DNA from: Pyrobaculum calidifontis JCM 11548
GTDB lineage: Archaea > Thermoproteota > Thermoprotei > Thermoproteales > Thermoproteaceae
Direction: 5' to 3'
Length of the DNA: 32,000 nt
Assembly: GCF_000015805.1 (NCBI RefSeq)
Contig: NC_009073.1
Span: 1,020,001 to 1,052,000 of the forward strand
Positions 13,535 through 22,407 of this stretch are shown here, piece after piece. The notes beneath the pieces were generated by a model, which did not search any database, was not told the DNA's origin, and saw only the letters and a program-made list of their open reading frames with translations. Position 1 is the stretch's first letter. Every line of letters starts with the position of its first letter. The position numbers were made by a program, and so were the translations under genes.

Positions 13535-15088
13535 GTGGATAAATACGTGGCAGACAGCTCCGTGATCTTGGACGGCTCGCTGAAGGAGGCGGTGGTAGGG
13601 GGCAAAATACGCGGCACCCTCTTCCTCCTCTCGGAGTTGGTGGAGCACTTCGCTTCCCTGGCGCGCCAGGGGGACGGCATAGGCATTGTGGCCATGGAGG
13701 AGCTGAGGGACATACACGAGGTGGTGGAGAAGCTGGGCCTCTCCGACTTCCTCCGCGTGGAGTCCGTCGCGGCCGGGAGGAGGGTGGAGGGAGACCTCGA
13801 CGCCTACGTGAGGAGGTTCGCCAAGGAGAACGGCTGCATATACGTGACCAGCGACGAGCTCGCCAGAGACGCGGCCAAGGCCCAGGGGATAGAGGTCCTG
13901 TACCTGGGCAAGCCCCGCGACGTCTTGACAATAGAGAAGTTCTTCGACAGAGACGTCATGTCTGTCCACCTAAAGGAGGGCCTCCCGCCGTTCGGCAAAG
14001 TGGGCAGGCCTGGCAACTGGAAGATGGTGCAGCTCTCCCAGGAGCCGCTCAGCAGGAAGCAGCTGGAGACCATTGTGCGAGAGCTGGTGTCGGAGGCCTC
14101 TAGGCTCACCCCGAGGACTAAGATAGAGATTAGGAGGCCCCACTCCCTCATCATTCAGCACAAGGAGTACAGAATCGTCGTCGTGTTCCCGCCGGTTAGC
14201 GAGCGGCTGGAGATAACGGCGACGAGGCCGGTGGTGCGCAAGAGGATTGAGGACTACGGCCTAGACCCCAAGGTGTTGGAGCGGCTGGAGAAAAGCGCGG
14301 AGGGCATCCTAATAGCGGGGGCCCCCGGCGCTGGGAAGACCACCTTTGCCCAAGCCCTCGCCGAGTTCTACCTCTCCCGGGGCAAGGTGGTAAAGACTCT
14401 AGAGTCGCCCAGAGACATGGTGTTGCCGCCTCCCATAACTCAGCTCTCCAAGAACTTGGCCACGTCGGAGGAGGTCCACGACATACTCCTCCTCTCCCGC
14501 CCCGACTACACCATCTTCGACGAGATGAGAGACACGGCGGACTTCCAGCTCTACGTAGACCTAAGGCTCGCCGGCGTGGGCATGGTGGGCGTGGTACACG
14601 CCACGTCCCCCATCGACGCCATACAGAGGTTCATACGGAGAGTGGAGCTAGGCATGATCCCCTCCATAATTGACACCGTCATCTTCATGAAAGACGGCGA
14701 GGTGAGGAAGGTTTACGCCCTCTCCATGGTGGTGAAGGTGCCCGCGGGCATGAGAGAGGAGGACTTGGCCCGCCCCGTCATTCTCGTGAAAGACTTCCTC
14801 ACGGGGGAGGTGGAGTACGAGATCTACGTATTCGGCGAGGAGACCTTTGTGGTGCCCGTCAAGCGGGGCGAGGAGGGCAGGGCGCCGAGCAGGAAGGTGT
14901 ACTCCATGGTGATATCTGCCCTGAAGCGCTACGTGCCGCCCAGCGAGATAAAGCTGGAGGAGCGGGACGGCGTAGTCGTGGTGAAGGTCCCCGAGGAGTA
15001 TCTCGGGGTCGTCTTGTCCCGGGGAGTCACCAAGCTGGAGAAGCTCAGGAGGAAGCTGGCGTTGGACTTTCGCATTGAGCCGCGCTAG
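13535..15088 (+). CDS. PIN domain - PilT-like ATPase - KH domain protein (COG1855-type, function unknown)
   Basis: 517 aa. N-terminal PIN-like region (VADSSVILDG...VTSDELARDAA). Walker A at LIAGAPGAGKTTFAQAL. A Walker B-like segment at YTIFDEMRD. C-terminal KH-like region (VKVPEEYLGVVLSRGVTKLEKLRRKL). Confidence 0.85.
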   Translation: MDKYVADSSVILDGSLKEAVVGGKIRGTLFLLSELVEHFASLARQGDGIGIVAMEELRDIHEVVEKLGLSDFLRVESVAAGRRVEGDLDAYVRRFAKENGCIYVTSDELARDAAKAQGIEVLYLGKPRDVLTIEKFFDRDVMSVHLKEGLPPFGKVGRPGNWKMVQLSQEPLSRKQLETIVRELVSEASRLTPRTKIEIRRPHSLIIQHKEYRIVVVFPPVSERLEITATRPVVRKRIEDYGLDPKVLERLEKSAEGILIAGAPGAGKTTFAQALAEFYLSRGKVVKTLESPRDMVLPPPITQLSKNLATSEEVHDILLLSRPDYTIFDEMRDTADFQLYVDLRLAGVGMVGVVHATSPIDAIQRFIRRVELGMIPSIIDTVIFMKDGEVRKVYALSMVVKVPAGMREEDLARPVILVKDFLTGEVEYEIYVFGEETFVVPVKRGEEGRAPSRKVYSMVISALKRYVPPSEIKLEERDGVVVVKVPEEYLGVVLSRGVTKLEKLRRKLALDFRIEPR

Positions 15089-15091
15089 GCG

Positions 15092-15841
15092 GTGCTCAAG
15101 GCAGTAGCGGCGTACTACGACGCCGCCGCCAAGAGGTACGGCGACAAGTATCTCAAAATGGAGTACTACAGGACCTTGTACAGGAAGGTGGGCGAGGTCC
15201 TAGACAAATACGTCAAGCCGGGGATGTCCATCCTAGACGTGGGGGCTGGGACTGGGTTCTGGACCACCTACATGGCCGCCAAGGGGGCCCACGTAATTGC
15301 TCTGGACATATCCGCCAAGTCGCTCCGCGAGTGCAAATGCGGCGACCGGGTGGCCGCCGATGGCGAGTCGTTGCCGGCGAGGAGAAGCCGCTTTGACGCA
15401 GTGACGGCGCTGGGAAGCGTGCTCAACCACATGCCAGACGCCGCGCGCGCCGTGAGAGAGGCATCGCGGGCCCTCAGGCCGGGTGGCGTCCTAATAGCCG
15501 ACGTAGACAACGCCCTCTGCCTAGACATGTTGTACGAATACGCCCTCTTCCAAGGCCTTGGAAAACTCGTCGAAGCCCTCAAGCGCGGAGCGGTGAGAGG
15601 CGTATGGGAATCCGCAGACGGCGAAATACCCTTCACCTACTACACCTACTACTACGTAAAAAAGGTCCTACACAGCGCCGGGCTCAAGCTGGTCGAAGCG
15701 CGCCCCATCTACCTCCTCCCCCTGCTCCCCAGCCGCGTGCTACAGCGCGACTTCAAGACAAAGCCCCTGGAGAAGCTAGACCTACTAAAGCCCCTCGCCC
15801 CCCTAGCCACCACCGTGATATACGTGGCCAAGAAGCCCTAG
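15092..15841 (+). CDS. Class I SAM-dependent methyltransferase (substrate unknown)
   Basis: 249 aa. Motif I is ILDVGAGTGFWTTYMAAKGAHVIALDIS, and the post-I/II pattern is present (FDAVTALGSVLNH, LRPGGVLIA). GTG start 3 nt after the PIN-ATPase stop, so the two are probably co-transcribed. Confidence 0.8.
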   Translation: MLKAVAAYYDAAAKRYGDKYLKMEYYRTLYRKVGEVLDKYVKPGMSILDVGAGTGFWTTYMAAKGAHVIALDISAKSLRECKCGDRVAADGESLPARRSRFDAVTALGSVLNHMPDAARAVREASRALRPGGVLIADVDNALCLDMLYEYALFQGLGKLVEALKRGAVRGVWESADGEIPFTYYTYYYVKKVLHSAGLKLVEARPIYLLPLLPSRVLQRDFKTKPLEKLDLLKPLAPLATTVIYVAKKP

Positions 15842-15854
15842 CCCCCGCGCGCAG

Positions 15855-16718
15855 TCAAAGTTGTACGAGCAAAGTATCAAAGTCGTCGGGCACATAGACG
15901 TGGGGTGGGGGCGTCACTTGTGCGGCCAGTTGCCTGTGGCGGCTCTTGTCGGGGTACCGCGCGCTTATGTGCGTCAAAATGAGGACCTTTGCCCTGAGGG
16001 CCCTCGCCGCCTCTAGGGCGTCTGCGAAAGTGGAGTGCCCCTCCTCGTGCGCCTTCTGGGACTCAACGTCGTCGGCAAAAGTGGCCTCGTGGATCAACAC
16101 GTCGACTTCGCCCACTGTCTCCCACATGCGGGGGCAGGGCCCCGTGTCGCCGGTGTACAACAGCCTCTTAAACCGCCTGTGGGCCGGGTCGGCCACGTCC
16201 TCCGGCCTAATGACCCTCCCCTCCACCTCCACTGGGTGGCCCTTTATTAGGCTGGTGAGAGCCCACTTGGGGAGCCCCGTAGCCTTCTGCAAGTCCAACT
16301 TGTATCCCACGTCCCACTCAAAGAGCCACCCGCACGCGTCCACTGTGTGGCACACCTCAACACAAGTGATCTTCAGCCTCTCCGCGGCGTAGCCCTCCAG
16401 CACCTCTACCCCCAGCCTCTCCAGCGCCTTGTGCATTGAGCGGGGGGCGAGCACCCGCACCTTGCCTCCCAGGAAGCGGCTCGTGATCACGAGGCCGGGC
16501 AGGCCCAAGACGTGGTCTTCGTGGCCGTGGGTGACTGCCACCAGTGTGAGAGAGGCCGGGGACACCCCCACCTGTAACAGTCTGTACTGTGCCCCCTCGC
16601 CGGCGTCGAGGAGCACTCTGTGCCCTAGCCAGTCCTCCAAGTATATGGCCGGGAGCATCCTATCAGCCTTAGGCACAGCGCCCCCAGTGCCTAGAAAGAC
16701 CAGCTTCAGGAGAGGCAC
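15855..16718 (-). CDS. rnz: Ribonuclease Z (tRNA 3' endonuclease, metallo-beta-lactamase fold)
   Basis: 287 aa. FLGTGGAVP is present, along with the HxHxDH motif (VTHGHEDH), a downstream His/Asp ligand pattern and a C-terminal LTHISARY. GTG start. Confidence 0.9.
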   Translation of the reverse strand: MPLLKLVFLGTGGAVPKADRMLPAIYLEDWLGHRVLLDAGEGAQYRLLQVGVSPASLTLVAVTHGHEDHVLGLPGLVITSRFLGGKVRVLAPRSMHKALERLGVEVLEGYAAERLKITCVEVCHTVDACGWLFEWDVGYKLDLQKATGLPKWALTSLIKGHPVEVEGRVIRPEDVADPAHRRFKRLLYTGDTGPCPRMWETVGEVDVLIHEATFADDVESQKAHEEGHSTFADALEAARALRAKVLILTHISARYPDKSRHRQLAAQVTPPPHVYVPDDFDTLLVQL

Positions 16719-16734
16719 GGCAAAACCACCCGGC

Positions 16735-16742
16735 TTATATAA
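16735..16742. promoter_or_regulatory. Palindromic shared TATA box (TTATATAA) for divergent rnz and ksgA
   Basis: A perfect 8-bp palindrome in a 42-bp intergenic region, about 20.5 nt from GTG 16718 (minus) and about 22.5 nt from GTG 16761 (plus). Confidence 0.55.
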
Positions 16743-16760
16743 ACGTGTTCAAGGTGGGCC

Positions 16761-17453
16761 GTGGGGCGGCGGAGGAGGTTCAGCCAGCACTTCCTCAAGA
16801 GCAGGGAGGTGGCTGAGTTCATAGTGGGCCTAGTGCCGCCGGGCCTAGACGTGCTAGAGGTGGGGCCCGGCCGAGGCGCACTTACCATCCCCCTCGCCGA
16901 GAAGTCCCGCGTGGTATACGCCATAGAGATCGACAGGGGGCTCGCGGAGGAGCTCAGGCGGGCGGCTCCGCCCAACGTGGTGGTCATCGTGGGCGACGCG
17001 CTCGAGGTGGAGTGGCCGCCCGCCCAGTACTTCGTCTCCAACGTCCCCTACGAGATCACTTCCCCCCTCTTGCTCAAGCTGGCCAGGCACAGGCTCCCCG
17101 CCGTGGTCACAGTCCAAAAGGAGGTGGCAGACCGCCTCGCCGCCGAGCCGGGCACCGAGGAGTACGGGAGGCTCACCGTGGCGGTGCGTTGTCACTACGA
17201 CGTAGAAGTGGTGAGGGTCCTCCCTCCACACGCGTTCTCTCCCCCGCCGAAGGTGTACTCCGCCGTCGTGAGGCTGACGCCGAGGCCCCCCTGCATAGAG
17301 GACTTCGAGGGCTTCCAGCGCTTCACCGCGGCGCTCTTCTCCGCGAGGCGTAAGACGCTGCGCCGGCTCAAGCTCGCGGACTCCGAGAAGAGGATCTTCC
17401 AGCTCTCCCTCGAGGAGATCGTGGAGTTGTACAAGAGGACGAGGGGGCCTTAA
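16761..17453 (+). CDS. ksgA: 16S rRNA (adenine1518/1519-N6)-dimethyltransferase KsgA/Dim1
   Basis: FSQHFLKS..., VLEVGPGRGALT (motif I), YAIEID and VSNVPYEITSPLL are the canonical KsgA/Erm blocks. Confidence 0.9.
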   Translation: MGRRRRFSQHFLKSREVAEFIVGLVPPGLDVLEVGPGRGALTIPLAEKSRVVYAIEIDRGLAEELRRAAPPNVVVIVGDALEVEWPPAQYFVSNVPYEITSPLLLKLARHRLPAVVTVQKEVADRLAAEPGTEEYGRLTVAVRCHYDVEVVRVLPPHAFSPPPKVYSAVVRLTPRPPCIEDFEGFQRFTAALFSARRKTLRRLKLADSEKRIFQLSLEEIVELYKRTRGP

Positions 17454-17482
17454 CGGATTTAAACGGCCTTGTAGTCCCACGC

Positions 17483-19309
17483 ATGGATTACAGGGCGCTG
17501 GGCCTCAAGGTCGGCCTCGAGATTCACATTCAGTTGAACACCAGGCGGAAGCTCTTCTGCCACTGTCCCCCCGTGCTCCGAGACGACGAGCCTCACTTTA
17601 GGCTGGAAAGGCGGCTTCACATATCGCTCAGCGAGCTGGGCGCCGTGGACCCGGCGGTGGTTTGGGAGGTGAGGAAGAGGCGCCGGTACGTGTACGAGGG
17701 GTACCGGGATACCACGTGCCTTGTGGAGCTAGACGAGGAGCCGCCCCACCTGCCCGACGAGGAGGCCTTGGTCACTGCGCTTGGGGTTGCGAAGATGTTC
17801 AATGCGAAGCCTTTCGACGAGTTGCACGTGATGCGCAAGATAGTCGTCGACGGGAGCAACGTCTCCGGCTTCCAGAGGACGGTCTTAGTGGCCTATGGGG
17901 GGAGGGCCAAGATCTTGGGCTACGACATTGGGGTGGAGACAATTGCGCTTGAGGAAGACGCGGCGCGGAAGATGGGCGAGGAGGGGAAGGCCGTGATCTA
18001 TAGGCTGGACAGACTGGGGATCCCCCTGATCGAGATTGCGACGGAGCCCATGTCCTACTCCCCCCAGCAGGTGGAAGAGGTGGCGTGGATCATCGGCTAC
18101 AGCGTGAAGATCACTGGGAGGGCCAAGCGCGGGGTGGGCACAGTGAGGCAGGACGTAAACGTGTCCATCGCGGGGGGCGCCAAGACCGAGATAAAGGGCG
18201 TGCCGGACCTCTCCCTAATTCCAAAGGTTATTGAGTACGAGGCGCAGAGGCAGGTAAACCTGTTGAAGATAGCGGAGGAGTTGAAAAAGAGGGGTGTCGC
18301 CTCCGTCGAGCTGTCCACTGTGGACGTGACAGACGTCTTCTCCAACACGAAGTCTAAGCTGGTGAAGAGGGTCCTAGAGGCGGGGGGCCGAGTCGTCGCG
18401 GTTAAGGCGCCTGGGTTTAGGAAGTTGTTGGGGTTTGAAGTTCAGCCGGGGAGGCGGTTTGGGACTGAGCTGGCGGACTACGTCAGGGCGTGGACTGAGC
18501 TCGGCGGCTTGCTCCACAGCGACGAGTTGCCGGGCTATGGCATTTCGGCGGATGAGGTGAGGGCCGTGGAGCAGAGGGTGGGCGTGGACTCCTACGTCTT
18601 GCTCATGGGCGTCGAGGCGGCTGAGCTGGAGGAGGCGGCTAGAGTCGTGGTGGACCGGCTTAACGCGGCTTTGAGGGGGGTGCCGGAGGAGACTAGGGGG
18701 GCCAACCCAGACGGCACGACTAGGTTCCTCCGCCCGAGGCCGGGGGCGGCGAGGATGTACCCTGAGACCGACCTGCCGCCCATCAAGGTGACTTTCGAGC
18801 TTTTGAAGAGGGCTGAGGAGGTGGCCAAGGTTAGCCTGGAGGGGAAGATCGCCGAGCTCACGTCCATGGGCTTGAGCAAGGATCTGGCCCTCAGGCTGGT
18901 GAAGTCTCCGCATTTGGAGAAGTTCGAGGAGTTTGTGGCTAGGTTTAAGTCTCTACCGCCTCAGCTCATTGCGTCGATCATGTTGAACACGGCTAAGGCC
19001 CTCGCCAGGGAGGGGGTGGAGGTGTCTGAGGAGAAGCTGGCCTCAGTCTTCGAGGCCCTTGAGAACAAGGTTATTACGAAGGAGGCCGTGGAGGACGTGT
19101 TGAGGGCTATGAAGCCCGGTGAGTCGGCCGCCGAGGTTGCGAAGAGGCTTGGGCTAGTTAGACTGCCGTTTGAGGAAGTGCGGAAGATTGTGGAGGAGGT
19201 GGCCAAGGAGGTGGGGAGGGAGAAGGCCTTGGGCGAGGTCATGAGGAGGTACAGGGGGCGGGTGGACGCCGAGGACGTAAGGCGGGCTCTCTCTGAGTTA
19301 CATTTTTAA
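17483..19309 (+). CDS. gatE: Glutamyl-tRNA(Gln) amidotransferase subunit E
   Basis: 608 aa. LKVGLEIHIQLNT..KLFCHCP is the GatB/E cradle N-terminus. The archaeal GatE-specific insertion and C-terminal YqeY-like helical tail are present. TATA-like GGATTTAAAC lies about 22 nt upstream. Confidence 0.95.
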   Translation: MDYRALGLKVGLEIHIQLNTRRKLFCHCPPVLRDDEPHFRLERRLHISLSELGAVDPAVVWEVRKRRRYVYEGYRDTTCLVELDEEPPHLPDEEALVTALGVAKMFNAKPFDELHVMRKIVVDGSNVSGFQRTVLVAYGGRAKILGYDIGVETIALEEDAARKMGEEGKAVIYRLDRLGIPLIEIATEPMSYSPQQVEEVAWIIGYSVKITGRAKRGVGTVRQDVNVSIAGGAKTEIKGVPDLSLIPKVIEYEAQRQVNLLKIAEELKKRGVASVELSTVDVTDVFSNTKSKLVKRVLEAGGRVVAVKAPGFRKLLGFEVQPGRRFGTELADYVRAWTELGGLLHSDELPGYGISADEVRAVEQRVGVDSYVLLMGVEAAELEEAARVVVDRLNAALRGVPEETRGANPDGTTRFLRPRPGAARMYPETDLPPIKVTFELLKRAEEVAKVSLEGKIAELTSMGLSKDLALRLVKSPHLEKFEEFVARFKSLPPQLIASIMLNTAKALAREGVEVSEEKLASVFEALENKVITKEAVEDVLRAMKPGESAAEVAKRLGLVRLPFEEVRKIVEEVAKEVGREKALGEVMRRYRGRVDAEDVRRALSELHF

Positions 19310-19330
19310 GCATAGTATTTGGGGGGCCTA

Positions 19331-20581
19331 ATGGCGAAAGTTTACATACTGACGGACGTCTTGGGCTTCCTCGCAGTGGACGAGGGAGGCAGGGTGGTGG
19401 ACAAGGAGCTGTTTGAGCGAAAATTAGACGCCGTCGCCGCCAAGCTCTTGGAGTTGGAGAAGTCTAACCCAGTCCCCGAGTTGCTTAAGCTGGTGGAGCG
19501 CGTGGGGAAGATGGGCACAGTGGTGGTGGAGGACCCAGAGCTGGCTAGGAAGCTTGTCGCGGCGACGAAGCTCGAGGTAGTGGCCGAGAGTCCCGCCCCC
19601 CTGTTGGTAGAGGTGAGGCGTAACTTCGATAAGTACCTGCCGGAGCTGGGCCTCTCCTGGGAGGAGTACAGGAAGTTCTTGTTCGAGGTAAGCGACTTGG
19701 TCACTAGGCTTAAGCTTAGGCAGGCCGTGGAGAAGAGAGACCTCTTCATAGCGCAGGCCATAAGCGCGCTCGACGACGTGGACAAGATTCTGAACCTCAT
19801 CGCGTCGAGGATCAGGGAGTGGTATGGGCTCCACTTCCCAGAGCTTGAGGAGCTGGTGAGAGACAACAAGGAGTACGTCAAAATCGTCTACCACATCGGC
19901 CACAGGTCTAAAATCAGCGAAGAGGCCTTGACAAAGGTCCTGCCTGGCTTGCCCGAGGAGAGAGTTAAAAGGATTGTAGAGGCGGCTAAGAAGAGCATTG
20001 GCGCCGAGATGTCGGAGTGGGACTTGGACCAAATCAAGGCCTACGCCGAGGTGTTTCTAAAGCTAGACGCTTACCGCGAAAGCTTGGCCACCTACATCGA
20101 CGACGCCATGAAGGACGTGGCACCCAACATTAGAGAGCTCGTGGGCCCCCTGCTCGGCGCGAGGCTGATAAAGCTGGCCGGCGGCCTAACGCGTATGGCC
20201 TTTCTGCCCGCCTCAACGATACAAGTCCTCGGGGCAGAGAAGGCCCTATTCCGCGCCTTGAGGACTGGGGGCAAGCCGCCAAAGCACGGCGTGATATTCC
20301 AGTACCCGGAGATATTTAGGTCGCCTCGCTGGCAGAGGGGGAAGATAGCGAGGGCTCTCGCGGCTAAGCTGGCGATAGCAGCTAAGGCAGACGCCTTCAC
20401 TGGGAACTTCATCGCGCCGAGACTAAAGGAGGAGTTAATGAAAAGGATACAGGAGATAAAGACGCTCTACGCCAAGCCTCCCCCCAAGGCGCCTCAGCCC
20501 CAGGCCAAGGCACCTCCGCCTCCTCCCAAGGGCGGCGAGAGGCGCCAGCCCCCGCCTCCACCGTCGCGCAGACGGCGTTAA
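19331..20581 (+). CDS. nop5: C/D box sRNP core protein Nop5 (Nop56/58)
   Basis: An N-terminal fibrillarin-binding domain and a coiled coil are followed by the NOP domain (IREWYGLHFPEL, LIKLAGGL..MAFLPASTIQVLGAEKALFRAL, KHGVIFQYP). Start placed at ATG 19331, with TTTTTAAGC about 24 nt upstream. The ORF track begins at TTG 19319. Confidence 0.9.
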   Translation: MAKVYILTDVLGFLAVDEGGRVVDKELFERKLDAVAAKLLELEKSNPVPELLKLVERVGKMGTVVVEDPELARKLVAATKLEVVAESPAPLLVEVRRNFDKYLPELGLSWEEYRKFLFEVSDLVTRLKLRQAVEKRDLFIAQAISALDDVDKILNLIASRIREWYGLHFPELEELVRDNKEYVKIVYHIGHRSKISEEALTKVLPGLPEERVKRIVEAAKKSIGAEMSEWDLDQIKAYAEVFLKLDAYRESLATYIDDAMKDVAPNIRELVGPLLGARLIKLAGGLTRMAFLPASTIQVLGAEKALFRALRTGGKPPKHGVIFQYPEIFRSPRWQRGKIARALAAKLAIAAKADAFTGNFIAPRLKEELMKRIQEIKTLYAKPPPKAPQPQAKAPPPPPKGGERRQPPPPPSRRRR

Positions 20582-20610
20582 GTATTTAAACGAGGGCGTT
20601 GGGTTTGCCG

Positions 20611-21315
20611 ATGTCAATTGAGGTTGTCGAAGTTAGACCACACGAACTTCACTACGGCGTATACGTGGTAAGGTTCGAGGACGGAACCGAGCGGCTTGCC
20701 ACAAGAAATCTCACTCCGGGCAGGCGGGTCTACGGGGAGCGTTTGATAAAGTGGGAGGGGGTAGAGTACAGGGAGTGGAACCCCTACCGCTCCAAGCTCG
20801 CTGCGGCGATTTTAAACGGCCTAAAACTTGTCCCAATTAGGGAGGGGACACACATGCTGTACCTAGGGGCCGCCTCTGGCACTACGCCAAGCCACATAAG
20901 CGACATAGTTGGAGAGAGGGGGCTGATCTACTCCGTGGAGTTCTCCCCCCGCGTATTCCGAGAGTTTATGGAAAAGCTAGTGGACCAGGGGAGGAGAAAC
21001 GTTATACCAATTCTCGGAGATGCCAGATTCCCGTACCAATATGCCCACTACATCAAGGGAGTCGACGTAGTCTACATCGACGTGGCGCAGCCGGCCCAAG
21101 CCAAGATCTTAGCCGACAACGCGGACTACTTCCTAAAGCCCGGCGGCTATGTCATGTTGGTGATAAAGGCCATGAGCATCGACGTGACTGCGCCTGCTAC
21201 TGAAACGTTTAAACAAGAGATTAACACCCTCAAGGAGAGAGGCTTCGACGTGTTGGAGACAGTACACCTAGAGCCCTACGACACGGCACATGCGATGGTT
21301 ATCGCGCGGAAGTAG
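20611..21315 (+). CDS. flpA: Fibrillarin-like rRNA/tRNA 2'-O-methyltransferase
   Basis: GVYVV..., [35 protein letters not shown] and [11 protein letters not shown] are canonical fibrillarin blocks. The gene lies immediately downstream of nop5. ATG 20611 is preferred, with TATTTAAAC about 25 nt upstream. Confidence 0.95.
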   Translation: MSIEVVEVRPHELHYGVYVVRFEDGTERLATRNLTPGRRVYGERLIKWEGVEYREWNPYRSKLAAAILNGLKLVPIREGTHMLYLGAASGTTPSHISDIVGERGLIYSVEFSPRVFREFMEKLVDQGRRNVIPILGDARFPYQYAHYIKGVDVVYIDVAQPAQAKILADNADYFLKPGGYVMLVIKAMSIDVTAPATETFKQEINTLKERGFDVLETVHLEPYDTAHAMVIARK

Positions 21316-22357
21316 ATCTTAGATACTCGTCTATAAAGGCTGCGGCGCGCATCCCAGAGCCCAGCGCTTTTCCAATAAGCGACGGCCCAGTCACCACGTC
21401 CCCCGCGGCGAACACGCCTCTACGTGTCGTCTGCATTTTCTCGTCTACTTTTATAGTGCCGTCTGGGTTAAACTCGATGCCAAGGCACTTCCCCGGCGGC
21501 GTTGGCTCCTCCCCCGCCGCTATGAGCACGGTGTCGAACTCTTCCTCAAACTCACTACCCGGCACAGGCTCCGGCCTCGGCCTCCCCGACTTGTCAGGCG
21601 CCCCCAGCCTCATCCTAATGAACCTGACCTTTTCCAGCTTCCCAGAGCCGAGAAACGCCACTGGGTTTATCAACTCTCTGAACTCTATGCCCTTTGCGAT
21701 GAGCTCTGTCTCTATGGTCTTTCTCCCCGCGGGCGCCTCGTTTATAGTGCGCCTATACGCCACAACTACCTTCTCGGCGCCCTGTAGCTTGGCCTCCAAG
21801 GCGGCGTCCACTGCCGTAAGCCCAGCGCCTACAACCAGCACCTTTCTGCCAGTTGGGTACACCTTTTCCTTGGGCAAGTAGCCTAGCTGGTGGGCGTAGA
21901 TTCTAAATAGGTAGTCCAAGGCCTTGTAGACGCCTGGCAAGTCTTCGCCAGGCACGTTAAGCGACCTGCTCCTCCAAGTCCCCGTGGTTATCAACACCGC
22001 GTCGTACTTCTGTACAAGCTCCTCCAAGCTTATGTACTGTTTCACCAAGAGGAGGGCCTCGTGTTCGTGAGGCTTCTCGCCGCAGTAGACGAAGGTAGAT
22101 GTGAAAAACACGGCGCCGGCCTCTGCTAGCTCTCTTACGCCCTCTCTCACGCCTTCGCGGGGCACTCTGAAGGGCGGTATCCCAAATATGAGCAAGCCCC
22201 CGGGCTCGGGCAGGGCGTCGTATATGTGGACCTCGTGGCCGTTGCACAGCAACACGCCAGCAGCGCCTAGGCCGGCGGGCCCTGCGCCAATGATTGCCAC
22301 CTTCTTCCCCGTTGGGGGCTTCTTTGTCTCTGGCCTACACCTCAGTAGGAACTTCAT
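21299..22357 (-). CDS. GltD/SudA-like FAD/NAD(P)-dependent oxidoreductase (glutamate synthase small-subunit homologue lacking the N-terminal Fe-S domain)
   Basis: 352 aa. [16 protein letters not shown]...[21 protein letters not shown] is the GltD-type FAD motif. A second Rossmann motif is [15 protein letters not shown], and a C-terminal [11 protein letters not shown] is present. The protein starts about 15 aa before the first GxGxxG. Confidence 0.8.
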   Translation of the reverse strand: MKFLLRCRPETKKPPTGKKVAIIGAGPAGLGAAGVLLCNGHEVHIYDALPEPGGLLIFGIPPFRVPREGVREGVRELAEAGAVFFTSTFVYCGEKPHEHEALLLVKQYISLEELVQKYDAVLITTGTWRSRSLNVPGEDLPGVYKALDYLFRIYAHQLGYLPKEKVYPTGRKVLVVGAGLTAVDAALEAKLQGAEKVVVAYRRTINEAPAGRKTIETELIAKGIEFRELINPVAFLGSGKLEKVRFIRMRLGAPDKSGRPRPEPVPGSEFEEEFDTVLIAAGEEPTPPGKCLGIEFNPDGTIKVDEKMQTTRRGVFAAGDVVTGPSLIGKALGSGMRAAAFIDEYLRSTSAR

Positions 22358-22407
22358 GTGAGACTCAAAGTGAGCTATTTATATCGCTATATTCTACTTT
22401 TGTCGAA

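Noticed and set aside
14148-14158. C/D-box sRNA-like motifs. They are CTGA-A-TGATGA on the minus strand at 14148-14158, GTGATGA on the minus strand at 23580-23586, GTGATGA on the plus strand at 1838-1844, TGATGA at 281-286 and ATGATGT...CTGA at about 29056-29083.
   Set aside because: I checked each for the full C - about 12 nt - D' / C' - about 12 nt - D architecture. In every case the partner box (CUGA or RUGAUGA) is missing at the required spacing. All lie inside coding regions, where such heptamers occur by chance. I found no canonical C/D sRNA by eye, but a proper scan (snoscan or a covariance model) could still find degenerate ones.
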